Origin: Prosthecobacter sp.
GTDB taxonomy: Bacteria > Verrucomicrobiota > Verrucomicrobiia > Verrucomicrobiales > Verrucomicrobiaceae
NCBI GenBank assembly: GCA_035438165.1
Contig: DAORHS010000001.1
Coordinates: 1 to 39,671 of the forward strand
Reading direction: 5' to 3'
DNA length: 39,671 nucleotides
This document shows positions 7,867-18,800 of this stretch, one piece after another. The notes under the pieces were generated by a model. That model saw nothing but the letters and a program-made list of their open reading frames with translations, ran no database searches and had not been told where the DNA came from. Position 1 is the stretch's first letter; the number at the start of each line of letters is the position of its first letter. A program made the translations under genes and the position numbers.

Positions 7867-10251
7867 ATGAAGCATCTTTGGCTCCTCCTCCTTTGCTCCC
7901 CGGCTGCTTTCGCCGCCCTGCCTGCCATCCAGCCGTTCCTGGATCAGAACTGCATGGACTGCCACGACGCGGAGATGAAAAAGGGCGGGCTCGATCTCGC
8001 GGCGCTCTCCACGGATGGCGCCGACGCGGCGGCTTTGAAGAAATGGGTGCGCGTGTTTGACCGCGTGGCGGCAGGCGAAATGCCGCCGCCGAAGAAGAAA
8101 CAGCAGCCTTCGGTGGATGCTATGCAGGATTTCATGGCGGCGCTGGGAGGCGACCTCGTGAAAAAGTACAACGCGCAGAAAGGCACCGTGCTGCGCAGGC
8201 TGAACCGCCAGGAGTATCAGAACACGATCAATGATCTCCTCGGCGTGAAGGTGAGTGTGATCGACTCGCTGCCCGAGGACGGGCGGGCGCAAGGCTTCGA
8301 CAACATCGGCGAAGCGCTCTCGATCTCCGGCATTCAGATGCTGCGCTACATGCAGGCGGCCGAACTGGCGCTCAATGCCGCGTTGTTTGCCGACCAGTGG
8401 CCTGAAAAGACCGCCGAACGCGCCACGCTCGAAAGCGACCGCAACAAGGACAACATCGGCAAGCACTGGCTGAAGCGCGATGACGGAGCCATCGTCGTCT
8501 TCAACAACGGCGGCTTTCCCAGCACGGTGATCCCGAACCTGCGGGCGAAGGCCTCCGGCACCTACAAGCTGCGTGTCACCGGCTACGGTTATCAGATCGA
8601 GGAGCCGGTCGTGTTTGCCCTCATCACCGGCAGCTTCAACTTCCGCAACGCGGACAACGTGACGCACAGCTATCACGAGTTGCCTGTTGGCAAACCCGGC
8701 ACCGTCGAGGTCACGCTGCACCTCGATCAAGGCAAAGGCATCTGGATCAGCGCCCAGGGTCTCAACGGTCCGGACGGTCATTCTCCGGTCAAGGACGGCC
8801 CCGCCAACTATCCCGGCGAAGGCCTCGCGCTGATGTCCGTCGAGCTGGAAGGCCCGTTCATCACCGAATGGCCTCCGCGCGGGCAGACGATGCTGCTCGG
8901 CGATGCGAGGCTGCGCGAGGTGATGCCGGACAAGCCATGGATGCGCGGCAAATACGGCTACAAGCCCGTCTTCACCGCCGACAGCGCCGACCCGGTCGGC
9001 GACTCGCGCAAACTGCTTCCCGCTTTCGTCACCGCCGCGTTCCGTCGCCCCGTCACGACGACGGATGTCGAGCCCTTTGTGAAGCTGTTTGATGCCGAGT
9101 TTGCCGAAGGGAGGGATTTCCTCGTCGCCATGCGCACCGCGGCCATCGCCGTGCTTTGCTCGCCGGAGTTTCTTTTTTTGAAGGAGCCTGCGGGCAGGCT
9201 GAACGATCACCAGCTCGCCACGCGCCTCAGCTATTTCCTCACCCGCAGCGCTCCGGACGCCGAACTGCTCGCCGCGAAACTCACGCAGCCCGAAGTCCTT
9301 CGCACGCAAACCGAACGCCTGCTCAAAAGCGCCACGTTGGATCGCTTCGTCACCGACTTCACCGACGGCTGGCTCAACCTGCGCGAGATCGAGTTCACCA
9401 CGCCCGACAAGCAGCTTTACCCCGAATACGACGGCCTGCTGCTCGACTCCATGCTGCGTGAGACACGTGGGTTCATCACCGAACTCTTTCGGAGCAACCT
9501 CGGTGTTGCAAACATCGTTCACAGCGACTTCGCCATGCTCAACTCTCGCATGGCGCGGCACTACGGCATTCCCGGCATCAGCGGATTGGATCTGCGCAAG
9601 GTCAAGCTGCCGCCCGACAGCCATCGCGGCGGGGTGCTGACTCAGGCGAGCGTGATGAAAGTCAGCGCGAACGGCACGAACACCTCGCCCGTCGTGCGTG
9701 GCATCTTCGTCATGGACCGCATTCTCGGCATGGAGCCGCCTCCTCCGCCGCCCGGTGTTCCAGGGGTGGAACCGGACATCCGCGGCGCCAACACGCTGCG
9801 CGAGCTGCTCGACAAACACCGCGACATGGAAAGCTGCAACGGCTGCCATCGCGTGATCGATCCGCCCGGCTTCGCGTTGGAGAGCTACGACGTCATCGGC
9901 GGCTGGCGCGACCGCTTCCGCAGCATCGACAAGGGGGATCAGGTCAATCTGAAGATCGAAGGCCGTCGCGTGCGCTACCGCCTCGGCCCGCCCGTCGATG
10001 CCGCAGGCGAGCTGCCGGATGGCGCTAAGTTCGCGAACCTTGCAGACTTTCAAAAGCTCCTCCTCGCCGACGAGGACCGCGTGACTCGCAGCATCACCGA
10101 AAAACTCCTCACCTTCGCCGCCGGCCGGGCCATGGGGTTCTCGGACCGCGCCGAAATCGCCCGCCTCGTCGCCGCATCCAAGGCCAAAGGCCACGGCATG
10201 CGCGATCTGATTCACGCCGTCGTTCAGAGCGAGGTTTTCCGGAGCAAATAG
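7867..10251 (+). CDS. Planctomycete-type cytochrome c protein with DUF1587/DUF1595/DUF1592/DUF1588/DUF1585 domains
   Basis: Signal peptide; two CxxCH (CMDCH, CNGCH); MPP; LRRLNRQEYQNTINDL; AFRRP; LATRLSYFL; TSPVVRG; IDPPGFALESYD. Confidence 0.88.
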   Translation: MKHLWLLLLCSPAAFAALPAIQPFLDQNCMDCHDAEMKKGGLDLAALSTDGADAAALKKWVRVFDRVAAGEMPPPKKKQQPSVDAMQDFMAALGGDLVKKYNAQKGTVLRRLNRQEYQNTINDLLGVKVSVIDSLPEDGRAQGFDNIGEALSISGIQMLRYMQAAELALNAALFADQWPEKTAERATLESDRNKDNIGKHWLKRDDGAIVVFNNGGFPSTVIPNLRAKASGTYKLRVTGYGYQIEEPVVFALITGSFNFRNADNVTHSYHELPVGKPGTVEVTLHLDQGKGIWISAQGLNGPDGHSPVKDGPANYPGEGLALMSVELEGPFITEWPPRGQTMLLGDARLREVMPDKPWMRGKYGYKPVFTADSADPVGDSRKLLPAFVTAAFRRPVTTTDVEPFVKLFDAEFAEGRDFLVAMRTAAIAVLCSPEFLFLKEPAGRLNDHQLATRLSYFLTRSAPDAELLAAKLTQPEVLRTQTERLLKSATLDRFVTDFTDGWLNLREIEFTTPDKQLYPEYDGLLLDSMLRETRGFITELFRSNLGVANIVHSDFAMLNSRMARHYGIPGISGLDLRKVKLPPDSHRGGVLTQASVMKVSANGTNTSPVVRGIFVMDRILGMEPPPPPPGVPGVEPDIRGANTLRELLDKHRDMESCNGCHRVIDPPGFALESYDVIGGWRDRFRSIDKGDQVNLKIEGRRVRYRLGPPVDAAGELPDGAKFANLADFQKLLLADEDRVTRSITEKLLTFAAGRAMGFSDRAEIARLVAASKAKGHGMRDLIHAVVQSEVFRSK

Positions 10252-10363
10252 ACCGCGAAATGGCCCCGGCTGAAGGCTTTTGTTTGACCTGCCATTGCAG
10301 TGAGGCCAGAGAGGTTCTCCGCGTTGTCGTGCGATGACGCGGTTCATTCCAAACACCCCCATC

Positions 10364-10975
10364 ATGCAATCCTCCCCCATCACCGCCTCCGTCGGCTCCA
10401 CCGTGCCCGACTTTGAAATGGAAACTTATGAACCCGCCCTTGGCGACTTCGCCAAGGTGGCGCTCGCTGACATCAAAAGCGCCGGCCAGTGGACGATCCT
10501 CATGTTTTACCCGGCGGACTTCACGTTCGTCTGTCCCACCGAACTGGCCGACCTCGCCGAGGAACACGCGCAGTTGGAGAAGCTCGGCGCCCGCGTGATC
10601 GCCGTCTCCACGGACACCAAGTTTGCCCACATGATGTGGCGCAACACCGAGGGCCTGCTCAAGAACGTGCGCTACACGCTCGCCGCCGACCCGACCGGCG
10701 CCGTGAGCCGTCTCTTCGGCGTGTATGATGCCGCCACCGGCCTTGCGCTGCGCGGCACCTTCATCATCAATCCCGAAGGCGTGCTCGTCTCCTCCGAGGT
10801 GAACTTCTACAACGTGGGCCGCAACGCCGCCGAACTCGTGCGCAAGATGGAAGCGAACGTCCATCTCATCGCGAACCCCAGCGAAGCCTGCCCCGCCAAG
10901 TGGACCCCTGGCGCGAAGACCCTCAAGCCTGGCAAGGACATCGTCGGCAACGTGGCCGGCGCTCTCGCGGCATAA
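10364..10975 (+). CDS. ahpC: Typical 2-Cys peroxiredoxin (alkyl hydroperoxide reductase C)
   Basis: FYPADFTFVCPTE (peroxidatic Cys), ALRGTFII, GRN and EACPAKW (resolving Cys). Start 10364 or 10334. Confidence 0.93.
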   Translation: MQSSPITASVGSTVPDFEMETYEPALGDFAKVALADIKSAGQWTILMFYPADFTFVCPTELADLAEEHAQLEKLGARVIAVSTDTKFAHMMWRNTEGLLKNVRYTLAADPTGAVSRLFGVYDAATGLALRGTFIINPEGVLVSSEVNFYNVGRNAAELVRKMEANVHLIANPSEACPAKWTPGAKTLKPGKDIVGNVAGALAA

Positions 10976-10999
10976 AAGCGGTCAAAGTCTGTTCATCAC

Positions 11000-11039
11000 A
11001 CGGCCCTGCGGATCTTCGTCCGCAGGGCCGTCTTTTTTT
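11000..11039 (+). terminator. Rho-independent terminator of ahpC
   Basis: Perfect 13-bp stem ACGGCCCTGCGGA (11000-11012) / TCCGCAGGGCCGT (11019-11031), 6-nt loop, T7 tract at 11033-11039. Confidence 0.92.
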
Positions 11040-11073
11040 GGCTCAATTCGTTTCGTGACTCCGTTGATAAGGC

Positions 11074-12507
11074 ATGAAATTCATCACCGGCCTTGCCTTC
11101 GCCCTCTTCACCGTCGTATTCGCCCACGCAGACATCACCATCGGCAAGTTCGACATGGCGTCGATCCGCGACACCTCGACGTTGGAGACGAAAGTGATCA
11201 TGGACTGGCATGCGAACCCCAAGGACGCGTCGATTCGCCAAAAACTCGTCGAGATCACCGTCTGCGAATGGTGGCCCGGCCTGAAGGTGCGGATGCCGGT
11301 GACCATGCTCGCGTCGGCGAACGGAATTTGCACGAACGTGCTCATCGAGAACACCGGCTTTCAGCTCAAGCCCGCCGCCGCCAACGGTGCGAAGCTGCGC
11401 CTGCTCAAGGAACATGGCGTGGGCCTCGTCTTCATCGGCTGTGTGCCGATCGACACGATGGAACCTGCCGGAAAGCTGCACCTCATGATGGAGGAGCGCT
11501 TTATCCAGACGAAGGACACGCGCTACACACCCGCATGGATCTGGGGCATCAGCGACATGCGCGCACTCACCACCGCGATGGCAGAGAAAGACGTGTTTCA
11601 GCCGAAGAAGGTGCTCGCCACCGGCGGATCGAAGCGCGGCGTCGCCACCGCCGCCGCAGGCATCGCGGATGATCGTTTCACGGCCATCATGCCCGTCGTC
11701 GCGCCCGTGATCGAAAGCCCTGGCGGTCCATATGTCGAAGGCATGATGCTGCCGGAGATCACGAAGATGAACGACGCCTTCATCGCGAACATGACTGATC
11801 CCGTGGGCCGCGAGAAGCTGCTCATTCGCCAGAAAGCCCGTTCTGACGAACGCATCACCGTGAAGATGGCCCGCGATGCAGGTTGGAGCGAGGCCGAGAT
11901 GAAAACTGCGTGCAACGCCGCCTGGGAAGCCTGCCGCACGACGAACTACCTCGACGTGCTCAAGCAGCGCGGCACCGAAGTCTTCTACAACCAGGGCTCT
12001 AACGACAACGTCAGCCCCGGCCTCGTCGAACTCGGCCGGCGCTTCCCGCAACTGCCCGTTTTCATCGTCCCCGGCGGCCAGCATGGCGGTGCGAAGGAGG
12101 CGGGATTCGTCAAATCCGTCGGCGGACTGCCCGAAGTGGATGAAAACCTCTACGCCTTTGCCACGCATCACTTCTTCGATGCACGTCGTATGGTTGCTCC
12201 ACCCAAAGTCACCACGCAGTGGGACAAGGCCGCTCATCGTCTCTCCGTGAAAGTCGTCTTCCCCGACGGCAGCGAGCCGCAGGAGAACACGCTCTGGTGG
12301 TCCGTGAACCGTCATCCCGACTACAGCATCCAGATGGAGTTCGATGCGTGGAGCTCCGCACCGCTGCAAAAGACCGGTGCAGCCACTTTCAGCGGCGAAA
12401 CGACGGTCGAAGACGAGGTGAAGACGCTGGATGTCATCACAGTTCACGCGCACGCTGAAAACGGCTCCACGCTGACGATTTCCAGCCCGGAACTGCGGCT
12501 GAAGTAG
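11074..12507 (+). CDS. Secreted PqaA-like (PhoPQ-activated pathogenicity-related) alpha/beta hydrolase-fold protein
   Basis: Signal peptide ending AHA; VLATGGSKRG matches the G(A/G)SKRG nucleophile elbow of the PqaA family; later GSND and GGQH provide candidate Asp/His. Confidence 0.65.
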   Translation: MKFITGLAFALFTVVFAHADITIGKFDMASIRDTSTLETKVIMDWHANPKDASIRQKLVEITVCEWWPGLKVRMPVTMLASANGICTNVLIENTGFQLKPAAANGAKLRLLKEHGVGLVFIGCVPIDTMEPAGKLHLMMEERFIQTKDTRYTPAWIWGISDMRALTTAMAEKDVFQPKKVLATGGSKRGVATAAAGIADDRFTAIMPVVAPVIESPGGPYVEGMMLPEITKMNDAFIANMTDPVGREKLLIRQKARSDERITVKMARDAGWSEAEMKTACNAAWEACRTTNYLDVLKQRGTEVFYNQGSNDNVSPGLVELGRRFPQLPVFIVPGGQHGGAKEAGFVKSVGGLPEVDENLYAFATHHFFDARRMVAPPKVTTQWDKAAHRLSVKVVFPDGSEPQENTLWWSVNRHPDYSIQMEFDAWSSAPLQKTGAATFSGETTVEDEVKTLDVITVHAHAENGSTLTISSPELRLK

Positions 12508-12562
12508 GCTCAAGCCGCGCTTGCTCTCGTTCATGGCTCCGGTCTAATGGGGCACCCCTGCC

Positions 12563-13345
12563 ATGAACTACTCCTATTCCGACCTCGCCAAGATGATCGA
12601 TCACTCGTTGCTGCACCCGACGATGACCGACAAGGATCTCGAAGAAGGCTGCAAGGTGGCAGCGAAATACCAGGTGGCCTCGGTTTGCATCAAACCTTAC
12701 GCCGTAAAACAGGCGGTCGAGTGGCTGCGTGGCTCGGGTGTGCTCGTGGGCGCGGTGATCGGCTTCCCGCATGGCAACAGCACCACCGAATCGAAGCGCT
12801 ACGAGACCGAACTGGCCTGCAAGGACGGCGCGGCTGAGATCGACATGGTCGTCAACATCGGCAAGGCGCTCGGCGGCGACTGGGACTACGTCGAGGCTGA
12901 CGTGAAAGCCGTGTGTGACGAGGCGCACCAGCATGGTGCGAAGGTGAAGGTGATTTTTGAGAACGACTACCTCACGAATGGCGGCGCGGGCCTGAGCAGC
13001 GATGATTTCAAAATCAAACTCTGCCAGATCTGCGAACGTGCAGGTGCCGACTGGGTGAAGACGAGCACGGGCTACGGCTTCGTGAAGCAGGCCGATGGCA
13101 GCTACAACTACAAAGGCGCCACCGAACATGATCTGGCGCTCATGCGTGCCAGCGTGTCGCCGAAGGTCCAGGTGAAAGCCGCCGGTGGCGTGCGCGATCT
13201 TGACGGTCTGATCAAAGTCCGCGATCTCGGCGGCACCCGTTGCGGTGCGACGGCGACAGCCGTGATGATGGACGAGTATCGCCAGCGCGAAGCTGCAGGC
13301 ACGCTCCACTCGGCAGGTGGCAAGATCGGCGCGGGCGGTTATTGA
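12563..13345 (+). CDS. deoC: Deoxyribose-phosphate aldolase
   Basis: MIDHSLL, VIGFPHG, EIDMVVNIG, KVIFE, WVKTSTG (Schiff-base Lys) and VKAAGGVR. Confidence 0.95.
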   Translation: MNYSYSDLAKMIDHSLLHPTMTDKDLEEGCKVAAKYQVASVCIKPYAVKQAVEWLRGSGVLVGAVIGFPHGNSTTESKRYETELACKDGAAEIDMVVNIGKALGGDWDYVEADVKAVCDEAHQHGAKVKVIFENDYLTNGGAGLSSDDFKIKLCQICERAGADWVKTSTGYGFVKQADGSYNYKGATEHDLALMRASVSPKVQVKAAGGVRDLDGLIKVRDLGGTRCGATATAVMMDEYRQREAAGTLHSAGGKIGAGGY

Positions 13346-13358
13346 GGAGTCCCCGGCC

Positions 13359-14045
13359 TCAGACCACGGCGCCGCCCTCATGCGCCTGCACCCAGCGGAC
13401 GGCATGATGAATCAGGTCCGGATTGGTCTGGATGTTGAGCTTGTCGCGAATGCGCACGCGATGGACATCGACGGTTTTGGAGCTGATGCCGAGCATGTGG
13501 GCGATTTCCTTGGCCGTCTTGCCGCGGCCGATGAGTTCGAACACCTCAAATTCGCGACCGCTCAGCGCCTTGAGCGCGTCCGAACTGTCCGAGGCAGTCA
13601 CGGCTGGTTGAGTGAGCACATGCAGCAGCCGCTGGGCGAGGTTTCCACTGACGTAGATGCGTCCGGCGTGGACTTCGCGAATGGCCGAGACGAGTTGATC
13701 GGGGGCCTTGCTCTTCATCAGGTAGCCTTTGGCTCCGGCGCGCAGGCAGCGCTCGGCATAGAGGTCCTCGTCATGCATGGAGAGGACCAGGATCTTCAGA
13801 TCGGGGCGGCGCTCGCACAGGATGTGGATGAGCTCCAGCCCGCCTTTGTCCGGGAGGGTCAGATCCGTCACCACGACGTCAGGCCGGGTCTCCTCCTCCA
13901 GACGGATGGCGGTGGCGGAGTCGGGCGCCTCGCCGCAGACTTCCAGGTCTTCGGCCGTCTGGATCGTGAGGGCGACGCCCTGCCTCAGGAAAGGATGATC
14001 ATCCACGAGCAGCACGCGGATACGGGAATGAGTGGGGGACTTCAT
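13359..14045 (-). CDS. NarL/FixJ-family response regulator (REC + LuxR HTH)
   Basis: LLVDDHP, VVVTDLTLP, LSMH, GYLMK; LSGREFEVFELIGRGKTAKEIAHMLGISSKTVDVHR. Start ATG 14045 or GTG 14081. Confidence 0.92.
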   Translation of the reverse strand: MKSPTHSRIRVLLVDDHPFLRQGVALTIQTAEDLEVCGEAPDSATAIRLEEETRPDVVVTDLTLPDKGGLELIHILCERRPDLKILVLSMHDEDLYAERCLRAGAKGYLMKSKAPDQLVSAIREVHAGRIYVSGNLAQRLLHVLTQPAVTASDSSDALKALSGREFEVFELIGRGKTAKEIAHMLGISSKTVDVHRVRIRDKLNIQTNPDLIHHAVRWVQAHEGGAVV

Positions 14046-14081
14046 GTCGGCTTCCTTGATATCACGTCCGGATTGCCGCAC

Positions 14082-15626
14082 TCAGGATGCAACCGGCACG
14101 CGACATTCAAGTTCTGTGCCTCCAGTGGGCCGGTTCCGCAAGCGCAAGCTGCCGTTCACGGCGGCCGCACGGTAGCGCATGAACCGCAGACCACGGCCGG
14201 TGGATTCCCCTGAAGGATGGAAGCCGCCGCCGTTGTCCGACACACGCAGCAATACTTCGCTGGCTTCACGTGAGAGCTCGATGTCCATCCTGCTGGCATG
14301 CGCGTGCCGGAGCACATTGTTCAGCGCCTCCTGGGTGATGTAGTATAACTGAGCACCCACATCGCGATCCACATCTGAGAACTGGCCGTGGGACTGCATG
14401 CCGCAGGGCATCTTGCACAGCTCTTCCGTGGTGCGCGCCAGCCGCCGGAGCGCCCTGACAAGATCATCTCCTTCTTCCATCACCGGCCCCAGGCCGTGGG
14501 CGATGTGGCGTGCGTGATCCAGGGTCTCCTCGATCATGAGACCGATCTTGCGGGTGGTTTCCGCCTCGCCGGACTGGACTGCCTTCAGGCGCTGGGCCAA
14601 CGCAACCACCGCGAAATGTACGGCGCTGATTTCCTGACACAGGCTGTCGTGCAGGTCCTGCGCGATGTGCCGGCGTTCATCCGCGGCGACGCGCATCAAT
14701 TCGGATTCAAGACCGCGGCGCCGGGAGATGTCCCGGATGAAGGCGGTGAAGTGGTCCAGACGCGGGCTGGCACCGATGGCCACCTCGATCGGAATCTGTG
14801 TACCGCCGGCATGCCGGAGCAGTGATTCGCGGGGCGCGGTGGAGCGGATGTCGGGCGAGGCGCGTTTTGCCTCTTCAAAAAACTCGCTGAATTCTTCGAC
14901 ATCGGAGGTTGGCAGAAAGGCGCTCAATGACTGCCCGATGAGCTGTTCCGGAGGCAGGCCGAAGAGGCGCTGTGCGGGAGGATTGGCGTTGATGATGTTG
15001 CCGAAGGCGTCGAGCACGAGGACTGTGTCGGGCGCGCTTTGCACCGTGGCCTCCAGGGCCTCCACAGTCTGGTGCAGTTCATGGGTGCGGGCCTGCACCT
15101 TGGCCTCCAGTTCGGCCGTCAGCTCCCGCAGTCGCAGTTCGGTGGCGCGCTGCTGGGAGACATCGACGGTGAGTGAGACATAACCGGTCACCTGACCCGT
15201 GGCATCGCGCTGCGGGGCGTAGTGCACGTTGACGTGACGCGTCGGACCGTGGTGGTAGGCAAAGGAGCCTTCGAAATTCACATCGGCGCCGGCAAGCGCC
15301 CGCTGAACGTGGGGTTTGGCGATCTGATAGACGGCGTCACCCACCACCTCTTCAAAGCGCCGGCCGATCAAGCTCCGCGGGTCCAGGTCAAACCATTCAC
15401 GATAGGCCGGGTTGCAGTAGCGATAACGCCGTTCGAGGTCGAACACGGCGATCAGGACGGGTAGCGTGCCGATGACCTCCGATTCCACTGATGAGGCGGC
15501 ATCGTTGATGAAAAAGGATTCCTCGGTCGAAAGCAGGACGATCGCAGCAGAGGCCGGCGTGAGGCGTGGGGCTTTCACACTTTTGAGTGGATCCAACTCG
15601 TTGGAGAATGGTCGTGTTTGCGGCAT
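14082..15626 (-). CDS. Cytoplasmic PAS-PAS sensor histidine kinase (HisKA_3 + HATPase_c)
   Basis: Two PAS domains; H-box ERRHIAQDLHDSLCQ; QEALNNVLRHA, DNGGGF, GRGL..M..RA; no TM segment. Start uncertain (15626 vs 15683). Confidence 0.9.
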   Translation of the reverse strand: MPQTRPFSNELDPLKSVKAPRLTPASAAIVLLSTEESFFINDAASSVESEVIGTLPVLIAVFDLERRYRYCNPAYREWFDLDPRSLIGRRFEEVVGDAVYQIAKPHVQRALAGADVNFEGSFAYHHGPTRHVNVHYAPQRDATGQVTGYVSLTVDVSQQRATELRLRELTAELEAKVQARTHELHQTVEALEATVQSAPDTVLVLDAFGNIINANPPAQRLFGLPPEQLIGQSLSAFLPTSDVEEFSEFFEEAKRASPDIRSTAPRESLLRHAGGTQIPIEVAIGASPRLDHFTAFIRDISRRRGLESELMRVAADERRHIAQDLHDSLCQEISAVHFAVVALAQRLKAVQSGEAETTRKIGLMIEETLDHARHIAHGLGPVMEEGDDLVRALRRLARTTEELCKMPCGMQSHGQFSDVDRDVGAQLYYITQEALNNVLRHAHASRMDIELSREASEVLLRVSDNGGGFHPSGESTGRGLRFMRYRAAAVNGSLRLRNRPTGGTELECRVPVAS

Positions 15627-15821
15627 GGAGCGGTCGGTAAAAGCGGGAACTGCGATGATGGCGACAACCCTTCCGTCACACAATCAGCCATGAGCTTTTG
15701 ATCAGTAGGCCGATGGCTTACATGGCGGGTCATTGACGTATCCAGCGATGCGCCTGATGCCCGAACGCATTGCAGGTTCGCCGGATGGATTTTCGAAGCA
15801 TGGAGCCGGTATTCTGGACGG

Positions 15822-18800
15822 ATGAAACAAAAACTCCTCCAGCCATCCCGAGGATTCCCATCACGGAACATGATGATGCCCGCAGCTCGTTTGCAGTCCA
15901 CGAATTCGCCTTCCCTTTCGTCCGTGTGCCTGCTTTTGCTGGCCCTGTTCACGGGAATCTTCTCCGCTCAAACACGTGCTGCCACGTTCTACTGGGACGC
16001 TGACGCCGATGCCACGGGGAATCTCGTGGACGGCACCAACCTCGGCGGCACAGGCACCTGGGACACCATCACCGCCAACTGGTGGGACGGGGTTTCCACC
16101 GATGCTGCCTGGCCGAATTCGCTGCTCGACACGGCTGTCTTCTCCGGCACCGCCGGCACGGTGACCTTGGGAGGACCGATCAATGTGGGGGCGCTCGTTT
16201 TCAACAGCGACGGCTATCTCCTCACCGGCGGCACCCTGACACTGGGCGGCGCGGCCACGATGGATGTGAGCGGTTTGAACGATGTGCGGATCGATTCCGA
16301 CATTGCTGGCAGCCTGGGGCTGATCAAAATCGGGAACGGCACGTTGAATCTCGGCTCGGCCAACAGCTACACGGGCGATACCACGATCAACGCCGGGATC
16401 GTCGAGGTGTACAAGGATGAGAGTCTCGGCACGGGCGGCGGCGACATCATTCTCGACGGAGGGACGCTGCGGGCGTTGGGAAACAATTTCTACTCGACAC
16501 GGAACATCACCATCGGCGCGGGCGGCGGCACGCTGGATGTGACGCGCAACAACTCCACCTTCGGCTCCATGCGTCTGAAAGGGGAGATCAGTGGTGCAGG
16601 CACGTTGACGAAGACCGGATTCGGCGAACTGCGGCTGGATGGCGACAGCTCTGCCTTCACCGGAGATTTCATCGTGGACAGCGGCATCGTGCGTATGCAG
16701 GCCTACACGGACCGGGGAACGGTGGCGAACATCCCCTCTCTGAGCGGAGCCTCCAGTTACACCGTCCGCTCAGGAGGCGATTTGATCTTGTCGTATAGCG
16801 CGATCGGCTCGACGCCCTATTACTCCATCGTCAACGAGACGGCTCCCGTGCACATGGAGGGCGGCCGCCTCCAGTTCTACTCGAACAACAGCGGCGCGGT
16901 CAGTCCCTGGACACAGACGATGGGTGACTTGTTTCTGGACCGCGGATCCTCGCGTTTTTTCATCAGCCGCACCAGCAGCAGTTCGGCGACGCTGTGGTCT
17001 TTTGGTGATCTCAACCGCTCGGTCGGTGCGACGGCCGACTTCGACTGGACGACCAGCGCCGGCACACTGGGCGCTCCGGGCAACAATCCGCGCATCCTGT
17101 TCAACAGCATCCCTGACCCGGTCAATGACGGCATCCTGGGCGGCTGGGCGCTGGTGAACCAGATCGACTTCGCCAACTACGACGCCACCCATGGCGTGGC
17201 CATCGCCAATTACACTTCCACGGACATCACCACCGCCGGTGCCACGGACAATGTGGACTTCAGCCAGGGGGCGGTGACCACCACGATCGGCGACACCACG
17301 GTCAATGCCCTCAAATGGACGGCCACGGCCGGCGTCACCACGGGTACGCCCACGACCATCATCGAGCAGACGGACGGCAGCACGCTGACCATCGACACCG
17401 GCGGTCTGCTGACCATCGGCAACTTCTACACCTCCATCCAGCCCGAGAGCGGCGGCAGCGCCACCATCAAAGCCAATGGCGGTGCGTTGTATGTTCACAA
17501 CGCGCAGTCCAACTTGTACATCTATTCCACGATTGCAGACGGGGACATGCCCACGGCCCTGGTGAAGACGCAGGCCGGCAGTCTGGTCATATACAGCACC
17601 ACGGACAACACCTACTCGGGAGGCACTTACATCAACGGAGCTGCAAACGTCTATACCGGCTTCACCAACAACCAGACCTACCTGGGCACGGGTCCTGTTT
17701 ACGTGACGCGGGGCATCTTGAACCTGCGGCGAATGGGCGCCACGACTTCGACCGAAGGCTACTCTGTTTTTGAAGGCGGCAGCATCTATCTCGACAGTTC
17801 AACGACGGCCTTTAACACCACAGGGGACCGGTTCACGGTTGATGGAAGCAGCAGCCTTGGCGGACAGTCCGCATCGGCGGGTGGGGGTGGTCTCAACAGT
17901 CTGACCTACGTCGCCGGAGCCGTCAGCGCAGGCGGCGAGGCGCATCTTGAGCCTGGTGCGACCATCCTTCATGGCACCAATTCATCCGCCATGGGCACGG
18001 GCAACAACACCATGCAGGGGTTGCCCAATGACATGCAGTTCTACTTTGGCGATGCGACCACCCAGACAGCCGCCTCAGGCGTCACCATTGGTGTCGGCAC
18101 CCCCTGGAAAGGCATCGGCAATGACCGCAACACCCGCGCCTGGGATCTGGGCACCATCACGGTCAATGGCAGCGACTTCGAACTGCACGCCATGCTGGTC
18201 CCCAATCAAAACGGCGAAGGTCAGAGCGCCTACACGCTGAGATTGGGCAATGGCACTGGCACCGGTGGTCCTGTGATCACCGGAGCCGCCGCCACTCCGC
18301 TCACCGCGCATGTGACAGGCGGTTACGTGGGGCTTGATGATGGCTCCGCGACCTACGGGAGCATCGCGGCCGGCAGCCCGCTGACGTTCATGGTGGAGCC
18401 GGGCGGAACGCTGGAGGTTTCCCAATCCGCTGCAATGGGGTCTGGCGACGGCCTGGCGAGCATCATCGTTCTCGATGGCGGCACCTTGCAGCAGTATGGC
18501 AGTACGGACGCGGCCCGGCTGGCGGCCGCCGAGACCGGGTTCAACGGCGATGTGACGGTTCAATCACGCGGCCGCTTCCTGGCGCAGAACACCAATGGCT
18601 TGTCTGGCAGCGGCCAGCTCACGTTTGAAGCCCGCTCCATCATTCAGATCAACAACAACACCGGCTGGACGGGAGCGCAGGCGCTGGCCGCCATCGGCGT
18701 GAACGACGCCATCGTGAAGATCAACGTGGACAACTTCGGCACGGCGGCACAACCGCTGCTCACGACCTACTTTGACGGCACCGGCATCTATGAGTGGTCC

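Noticed and set aside
7837-10401. 854-aa minus-strand ORF
   Set aside because: Mirror frame of the DUF1592 gene, expected from GC-rich codon bias.
14730-15050. Second PAS domain as a FixL-type haem oxygen sensor
   Set aside because: The region where FixL has its haem-ligating His reads DVEEFSEFF, so the ligand cannot be assigned.
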